Made by a program: the position numbers and the translations under genes. The notes below the pieces were generated by a model. That model made no database searches, had not been told where the DNA came from, and saw nothing but the letters and a program-made list of their open reading frames with translations. Below are positions 57,940 through 64,000 of a stretch of 64,000 bases of DNA, one piece after another. Origin of the DNA: Spirochaetia bacterium (lineage in GTDB: Bacteria; Spirochaetota; Spirochaetia; SZUA-6; Bin103). The number at the start of each line of letters is the position of its first letter. Position 1 is the stretch's first letter. The stretch covers positions 3,520,001 to 3,584,000 of the forward strand of contig OZ241907.1 in the NCBI GenBank assembly GCA_965203515.1. Reading direction: 5' to 3'.

Positions 57940-59529
57940 ATGGCGACCAACCGTTCATTCAACACTGCCGGTCCGGTCAATCCGGCCGATCATTACGTGA
58001 TCCCGCCGCTGTCGCGGATCGATCTGGACGAAGTGCTCGGCCTGGTGCGGGACAAGAAGTACTTCGTGCTGCACGCGCCGCGCCAGACCGGCAAGACCTC
58101 GGCGCTGCTGGCGCTGGCCGAGCTGCTGAACCAGAGCGGCTACCACTGCGTGTACGTTACGGTGGAGACCGCCCGCACCGCCCGTGACGACGTGGCGCGG
58201 GCACTACGCGTGGTGCTTGCCGCGCTGGCGCGGGCGGCGAGGTCGGCCTTGGGCGACCGGTTCCTGCTAGGCATCTGGGCGGAGACCCTCGCCGAGGTCG
58301 GGCCGGACTTGGCGCTGGGCGAAGCGCTCTCACGTTGGGCGGAAGCGGCGCCGCGCCCGCTGGTGCTGCTGATCGACGAGATCGACACGCTGGTCGGCGA
58401 TTCGCTGCTGGCGGTGCTGCAGCAACTCCGCGCCGGCTACCCCGACCGTCCTGAGCGCTTCCCGCAGAGCGTCGTGCTGTGCGGCCTGCGCGACGTGCGC
58501 GACTACCGCATCAGCGCCGCCGGCAGCCCCTTCAACATCGCCGCCGCGTCGCTGCGGCTCGGCGATTTCTCGCGCGCCGAGACGCTGGCCCTGCTCGGCC
58601 AGCATACCGAGCAGACCGGCCAGCCGTTCGCGCCCGAGGCGCTGGAGGCGGTCTGGACGCAGACCTGCGGCCAGCCGTGGCTGGTCAACGCGCTGGCCTA
58701 CGGCGCCTGCTTCCGCAACAAGGCGCTGCGCGACGACCGTTCGCGCCCGGTCACCGCCGCCGCGGTCGCCGCGGTTCGCGAGGACCTCATCATCAACCGG
58801 GTGACCCACCTCGACTACTTGGCCGACAAGCTGCGCGAGGAGCGCGTGCGGCGGGTGATCGAGCCGATGCTGAGCGGCGGCGCGCGCCGCGCCGTGGCGC
58901 GCGACGTCGAGTACGCGCGCGACCTGGGGCTGCTCGCCCGCGACGCAGTGCGCATCGCCAACCCGATCTACGCGGAGGTGATACCGCGGGAACTGGCGTG
59001 GGTGGTGCAGGAAGAGTTGACGCAGGAGACGGCGCGGTTCGTGAAGGCTGACGGCAGCCTGAACGTGGCAATGCTGCTGGGGGAGTTCCAGAGCTTCTTC
59101 CGGCGCCACTCCGAGCACTGGCGGGACCGCTTTGCCTATGCGGAAGCGTGGCCGCAGTTGCTGCTGCAGGCGTACCTGCAGCGGGTGGTGAACGGGGGCG
59201 GGCGGATCGAGCGGGAGTACGCGCTGGGGCGGGGGCGGGTCGACCTGCTGATCGTGTGGCCGGTGGGGGAGCAGGCGCTGGCGCAGCGGGCGCAGGAGGA
59301 GCGGGTGCAGGAGGTGGTGGTGGAGTGCAAGGTGGTGCGGGAGCGGGACGGGCTGGAGCGGACCATCGCCGAGGGGGTGGAGCAGACCGCGGGGTACATG
59401 GCGCGGTGCGCGGCGGAGGCGGCGCACCTGGTGGTGATCGACTGCCGGGAGGACCGGACCTGGGAGGAGAAGATATTCCACCACCGGCGCGGCGCCGCCG
59501 CGGCCCCGGTCGACGTGTGGGGCATGTGA
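57940..59529 (+). CDS. AAA-like ATPase with C-terminal PD-(D/E)XK-like domain
   Basis: FNTAGP, HAPRQTGKTS, LLIDEID, REYALGRGRVDLL..VECK, VWGM. Confidence 0.87.
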   Translation: MATNRSFNTAGPVNPADHYVIPPLSRIDLDEVLGLVRDKKYFVLHAPRQTGKTSALLALAELLNQSGYHCVYVTVETARTARDDVARALRVVLAALARAARSALGDRFLLGIWAETLAEVGPDLALGEALSRWAEAAPRPLVLLIDEIDTLVGDSLLAVLQQLRAGYPDRPERFPQSVVLCGLRDVRDYRISAAGSPFNIAAASLRLGDFSRAETLALLGQHTEQTGQPFAPEALEAVWTQTCGQPWLVNALAYGACFRNKALRDDRSRPVTAAAVAAVREDLIINRVTHLDYLADKLREERVRRVIEPMLSGGARRAVARDVEYARDLGLLARDAVRIANPIYAEVIPRELAWVVQEELTQETARFVKADGSLNVAMLLGEFQSFFRRHSEHWRDRFAYAEAWPQLLLQAYLQRVVNGGGRIEREYALGRGRVDLLIVWPVGEQALAQRAQEERVQEVVVECKVVRERDGLERTIAEGVEQTAGYMARCAAEAAHLVVIDCREDRTWEEKIFHHRRGAAAAPVDVWGM

Positions 59530-59566
59530 CGAGCGGCGCCGGCGGCAGGGAGTCTCTGCGGCCGAC

Positions 59567-60175
59567 TCAGGGCTGCGACCGATCGGCGGGCGGCAGCTCG
59601 GCTGCCGCGTGCTCGCCGGCCGCGTCCGCCGCGTCCGCGGCGTCCGCTGCCTCCGCGCGCAGGTAGTCGGCCACGCTGCGGACGCCGCGCAGGTCGACCT
59701 CCTCGAAGTCGGTCCGTTCGCGGACGGCGGCCGCCAGCGCGTCGAACGACTCGAACTCGTCGGACAGCTCCACGAGCTGGTCCTCATCGGCTCGGTAGAG
59801 GAAGACGCTGCGCCGGCGGCCGTTCCCGGCCAGCCCGGCCCGCGTCAGCTCCGTCCAGCGTATGACCGCCTGCTCCTCCCCCATGAAGTCGAGCTCCAGC
59901 CGGTCCTCGAAGAGCCGGACCCGGCTGCGGAACTGCTTCAGCAGGTAGCGGAGCACGCGGTAGCCGATCAGCCCGACCGGCGCCGCGGCGATCAGCACCG
60001 GCCACGCGTCGGTCAGCAGCGCGACCGCCGCCAGGGCCGCGATCAGCGCCGGCGGCAGCAGCAGCGGCACCAGGGCGCGTGGATTGGAGCGCAACGTGAT
60101 GCGCGACTGCAGGAACGCCGCTTCGTTCGCGGGTTCGCTCTCCGGCACGGCGGTCATCCCGGGCACGGCAGCCAT
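59567..60175 (-). CDS. Hypothetical membrane protein
   Basis: Two TM segments followed by a soluble domain. Confidence 0.65.
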   Translation of the reverse strand: MAAVPGMTAVPESEPANEAAFLQSRITLRSNPRALVPLLLPPALIAALAAVALLTDAWPVLIAAAPVGLIGYRVLRYLLKQFRSRVRLFEDRLELDFMGEEQAVIRWTELTRAGLAGNGRRRSVFLYRADEDQLVELSDEFESFDALAAAVRERTDFEEVDLRGVRSVADYLRAEAADAADAADAAGEHAAAELPPADRSQP

Positions 60176-60309
60176 CCTACGCGCCGCGCCGCACCGGGGA
60201 AAAGCCCGGCCGGTGGACCGAGGCGCGCCGATTCGCTATAGTAGCGCCCATACTTGGATCGGCGCCGCCACGCCGCCGCGCTGCCAGACCCTTTCCGCAA
60301 GGACATTCG

Positions 60310-62607
60310 ATGAGACGCATCTTCGCCTTACTGCTCAGTCTGTCCCTGGCCGTGCTGCCGGCCGCGGTCGGTTTCGCCCAGGGAACCGACGCCGCGCCGG
60401 CGCGCGCCGAGGGCCCCGACATGATGTGGGTCACCTGGATCGGCTCGGTCGCCGCTCTGGGCTTCTCGCTGATCCTGGCGCTCGCCGTGCTGCGCAAGGA
60501 GCCCGGCAACGAACGCATGCGGGACCTCAGCCGGGCCGTGCAGGAGGGGGCCATCGCCTACCTGAAACAGCAATACAAGGTCGTCGCGATCTTCTTCGTG
60601 GTGCTGTTCGCAATTCTGGGGGTGATCGCCTGGGGCCTGCGGCTGCTGTCCGGCTTCGTGCCGTTCGCGTTCATCACCGGCGGGTTCTTTTCCGCGCTGG
60701 CCGGTTTCATCGGCATGACCGTGGCGACCCGAGCCAACGCGCGCACCGCCTGGGGCGCTCGCCAGAGCCTCAACGCCGGGCTCCGCGTGGCCTTCTCATC
60801 GGGAACGGTGATGGGCATGACGGTCGTCGGCCTGGGGCTGCTCGACATCTCGATCTGGTGGTGGCTGCTGCGCGCGGTCTTCGACGTCCCGCCGGAGGAG
60901 ATACCGCCGATCATGATCACCTTCGGCATGGGCGCCTCCGCGATGGCGCTGTTCGCCCGCCTGGGCGGCGGCATCTTCACCAAGGCGGCCGACGTAGGAG
61001 CCGATCTGGTCGGCAAGGTTGAGGCCGGCATCCCGGAGGACGATCCCCGCAACCCGGCGTCGATCGCCGACAACGTGGGCGACAACGTCGGCGACGTAGC
61101 CGGCATGGGCGCCGACCTGTACGAGTCGTACGTCGGCTCCATCATCGCCACCATGGCGCTGGGAGCGGTCGCGTCGCTCGGTCTGGACTCGATATCGGCC
61201 ATGCAGGCGATCCAGGTCCCGGTGTCGATCGCCACGATCGGCGTGCTCTGCTCGATCCTCGGCACCTTCGTCGTGCGCGCCAAGGGGGACGCCAGCCAGG
61301 CGGTGCTGCTCAGCGCCTTGCGGCGCGGCACCTACGGTTCGACCGCGCTGATCGCGATCGGCTCCTTCGTGCTGGTCATGCTGACGCTCGGCGGCGAGTT
61401 CCTGGGCATCTGGGCCGCCATGATCGTCGGGCTGATCGCCGGCAACATCATCGGCTACTTCACCGAGTACTACACCTCCGACCACTACAAGCCGACGCAG
61501 CTCCTCTCCAATGAGGCGATCACCGGCCCCGCCACCACGATCATCGGCGGCGTGTCGCTGGGGATGCTCTCCACGCTGATTCCGGTGCTCACCGTGGTCG
61601 TGGCGACGCTCGCGGCCTTCTTCCTGTCGGGCGGGGCCGCCACTCCCGGCCTGGGCCTGTACGGGATCGGGTTGTCGGCGGTCGGCATGCTGTCGACGCT
61701 CGGCATTACCCTGGCCACCGACGCGTACGGGCCGGTGGCGGACAACGCCGGCGGCATCGCGGAGATGGCCAAGATGGAGCCGCACGTGCGCGAGCGCACC
61801 GACGCGCTCGACTCGCTGGGCAACACCACCGCCGCCACCGGCAAGGGCTTCGCGATCGGCTCCGCCGCGCTCACGGCGCTGGCGCTGCTGGCCGAGTACG
61901 GCAACAAGATCGTCGAGGCGTTCGAGCAACTCACGATCTCGCCCCTGTTCGAGGAGTTCTACTCCGGCGTGGTGGAGATCGTGCGCGGCGCCGACGGCCA
62001 CGTCACCGACGTGGTCATGAACATCAACCTCCTGGACCCGAAGATCCTCATCGGCCTGTTCATCGGCGCCATGCTGCCGTTCGTCTTCTCGTCCCTGTCG
62101 ATGCGCGCGGTGGGCCGAGCCGCCGGCGACATGGTCAAGGAGGTGCGTCGGCAGTTCCGGGAGAAGCCGGGCATGCTGGACGGCAAGGACCGCCCGGATT
62201 ACGCCGGCTGCGTGGCGATCTCCACCCAGGGCGCGCAGCGCGAGATGCTGGTGCCGTCGCTGCTGGCGGTGGTGGCGCCGATTCTGACCGGGATCGTCTT
62301 CGGACCGTTCACGGTGATCGCGCTGCTGGCCGGCGCGCTCACCTCCGGATTCGTGCTGGCCATCATGATGGCCAACGCCGGAGGCGCCTGGGACAACGCC
62401 AAGAAGTTCATCGAGGGCGGCGCGCACGGCGGCAAGGGTTCCGATCCGCACAAGGCGGCGGTCGTGGGCGACACGGTCGGCGACCCCTTCAAGGACACCT
62501 CGGGGCCGTCGATCAACATCCTCCTGAAGCTGATGTCGATGGTCTCGATCGTGTTCGTCACTACCGTGATCGCGCTGAACGACCTGTTCATACGGCTCTT
62601 TTCCTGA
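60310..62607 (+). CDS. hppA: Membrane-bound pyrophosphatase, K+-dependent type (probably Na+-translocating)
   Basis: DVGADLVGKVE, DNVGDNVGD, GNTTAA (Ala = K+-dependent), GDTVGDPFKDTSGP. Confidence 0.95.
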   Translation: MRRIFALLLSLSLAVLPAAVGFAQGTDAAPARAEGPDMMWVTWIGSVAALGFSLILALAVLRKEPGNERMRDLSRAVQEGAIAYLKQQYKVVAIFFVVLFAILGVIAWGLRLLSGFVPFAFITGGFFSALAGFIGMTVATRANARTAWGARQSLNAGLRVAFSSGTVMGMTVVGLGLLDISIWWWLLRAVFDVPPEEIPPIMITFGMGASAMALFARLGGGIFTKAADVGADLVGKVEAGIPEDDPRNPASIADNVGDNVGDVAGMGADLYESYVGSIIATMALGAVASLGLDSISAMQAIQVPVSIATIGVLCSILGTFVVRAKGDASQAVLLSALRRGTYGSTALIAIGSFVLVMLTLGGEFLGIWAAMIVGLIAGNIIGYFTEYYTSDHYKPTQLLSNEAITGPATTIIGGVSLGMLSTLIPVLTVVVATLAAFFLSGGAATPGLGLYGIGLSAVGMLSTLGITLATDAYGPVADNAGGIAEMAKMEPHVRERTDALDSLGNTTAATGKGFAIGSAALTALALLAEYGNKIVEAFEQLTISPLFEEFYSGVVEIVRGADGHVTDVVMNINLLDPKILIGLFIGAMLPFVFSSLSMRAVGRAAGDMVKEVRRQFREKPGMLDGKDRPDYAGCVAISTQGAQREMLVPSLLAVVAPILTGIVFGPFTVIALLAGALTSGFVLAIMMANAGGAWDNAKKFIEGGAHGGKGSDPHKAAVVGDTVGDPFKDTSGPSINILLKLMSMVSIVFVTTVIALNDLFIRLFS

Positions 62608-62653
62608 TCCGCTCCGGGTACGCCGGTACTCCGGTACGCCGGCCGGTACGCCG

Positions 62654-63274
62654 CTAGTCGATGCGGTAGCCGCGGCCGCGTACGGTGACGATCGGCGGCC
62701 CGGCCGCCGGTCGGGCCGCGCCCGCCGGCCCGGTCACTGCGGCCGACCCGGTCACTGCGGTCAGATGGCGCCGGAGGGCGGTGACGTGCATGTCGACGGC
62801 CCGGCTGCGCCGGCCGGGCGGCCGACCCCAGATCGCGTAGAACAGCGCGTCACGGGTCACCGTGGAGCCGCGGTTGGCCACCAGCATCCGCAGGATCTCG
62901 GCTTGCTGCGCCCCCAGCATGACGGCGCCCGCCGGCCCCGACAGGACCCGTCCCGACAGCCCCAGAGCGCCGCCGTCGCCGAACCGCGCGGCCGCCTTGG
63001 CGGCGTGGACGGTGCGGAGCGCGCGCAGCTCCAGCTCCTGCGGCGTCCACGGGTCGCGCAGGTAGTCGGCGCAGCCGGCAAGGAACAGCCGCGGCAGCGC
63101 GGACTCCGGCCCGTAGGCGATCAGGGGCCAAGCCGGCTCGACCGGTCCGGCAAGCAGGCGTTCGGCGACGTCGGCCGGCATGACGGCGGCCGCGTAGCGC
63201 GAGTCGCGCGGCGCCGGCGGCTCGGCGACGATAGCGAGCGTGAATCCCGCGATCCTGCGGGAATAGGCGTCCAC
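62654..63274 (-). CDS. Winged-helix regulator with a degenerate receiver-like N-terminus
   Basis: GCADYLRDPW, SRAVDMHVTALRR, TVRGRGYRI. Confidence 0.75.
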   Translation of the reverse strand: MDAYSRRIAGFTLAIVAEPPAPRDSRYAAAVMPADVAERLLAGPVEPAWPLIAYGPESALPRLFLAGCADYLRDPWTPQELELRALRTVHAAKAAARFGDGGALGLSGRVLSGPAGAVMLGAQQAEILRMLVANRGSTVTRDALFYAIWGRPPGRRSRAVDMHVTALRRHLTAVTGSAAVTGPAGAARPAAGPPIVTVRGRGYRID

Positions 63275-63360
63275 GCGAGCGCCCAGCGCACCGGACGCGG
63301 CCAGCAGGCAGACGCGCGGCAGCGCCCGGTCGACCGCGGCCGTTGAGGACCGTGGCTCCG

Positions 63361-63999
63361 TCAGGAACCTGGCGTGCCCTGGCCCTGGGCCGAACTCTCC
63401 GAGGTCTTGTCCTCGATCTGCCCCATCTTCCGCTTCAGGTCTTCGAGCAGCCGGTCCGCCGAGGTGTCGCCGGCCTCGAGCTGTTTGAACTCGCGCTCCA
63501 GCGCCTTGTCACCGGCGTCCAGTTCGTTGAGCTCGCGTTCGGCGTCCGCCTGCGCTTCGATCTGATCGACCTTCTTGGACATGCGGTCGAACGCCTCGAA
63601 CGCGGAGGTATCGCGTGAGACGCTCAAGGTCGACTGGATGCGCTGCTGCGCCTCGGCCCGCTTGGCGCGGGCGATCAGGATGTTCTTCTTGCGCTGCGCT
63701 TCCTCGATCTTCTGGGTGAGATCGCGCAGCGATCCCTTGAGCTGCTCGACCGCGTCGCGCTGCGCCTGCCACTGCTCCTGATAGCTGGAGACGTATTCTG
63801 CCAGCTCCTGCTTGCGCACCAGAGCGCGCTTGGCCAGCTCGTCCTTGCCCTCGCGCACCGCCAGGACGGCGCGTTTCTCCCAGTCTTCCGACTGCGCCCG
63901 CTGCTGCAGCAGTTGACGCTCGAGCTGCTTCTCATCCGCGATGGCGCTGGCGACCGCCTTCTTGGATTCGATGAGCTGGCCGTTCATGTCCTCGATCAG
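63361..63999 (-). CDS. pspA: PspA/IM30 family protein (5' end outside the window)
   Basis: WEKRAVLAV..DELAKRAL, KKNILIARAKRAEAQ, AFDRM. Confidence 0.9.
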   Translation of the reverse strand: MIEDMNGQLIESKKAVASAIADEKQLERQLLQQRAQSEDWEKRAVLAVREGKDELAKRALVRKQELAEYVSSYQEQWQAQRDAVEQLKGSLRDLTQKIEEAQRKKNILIARAKRAEAQQRIQSTLSVSRDTSAFEAFDRMSKKVDQIEAQADAERELNELDAGDKALEREFKQLEAGDTSADRLLEDLKRKMGQIEDKTSESSAQGQGTPGS

Positions 64000-64000
64000 C

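Noticed and set aside
62607..62654. ccggtacg repeats between hppA and the regulator as a terminator
   Set aside because: No clean stem with a U-tract; evidence too weak.

Overview
High-GC bacterial chromosomal segment. The gene content and expanded AAA/PD-(D/E)XK, Rpn and HNH families resemble metagenomic host-associated genomes, but that taxonomic impression is inference only. A housekeeping/metabolic backbone (Lhr-like helicase, FAH, nagA-like, amt, VOC-SDR-E1 alpha/beta-LarA-like operon, M20 dipeptidase, zwf, RraA, RR/HK/TolC/TolC, gdhA, hppA, pspA) is interrupted repeatedly by small lower-GC accessory cassettes. These are: a translationally coupled ParB-like / PD-(D/E)XK-like / N4-C methyltransferase triad; a ruined BrnT/BrnA-sacsin-helicase locus next to an HNH gene followed by a long RNA-like hairpin; a PLD-nuclease/m6A-MTase pair; two paralogous GSGY-repeat surface lipoproteins, one with a C18 tract abutting its RBS; and a defence island (KAP NTPase, M48, type I RM) whose hsdM-hsdS junction holds a tandem triplet of Rpn genes, one hit by an intact IS66. 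Several cargo genes are flanked by duplicated ends of the neighbouring core genes, trimmed by microhomology deletions, with no integrase nearby. No rRNA, tRNA or CRISPR array was seen. All product calls come from motif recognition by eye, not database searches.
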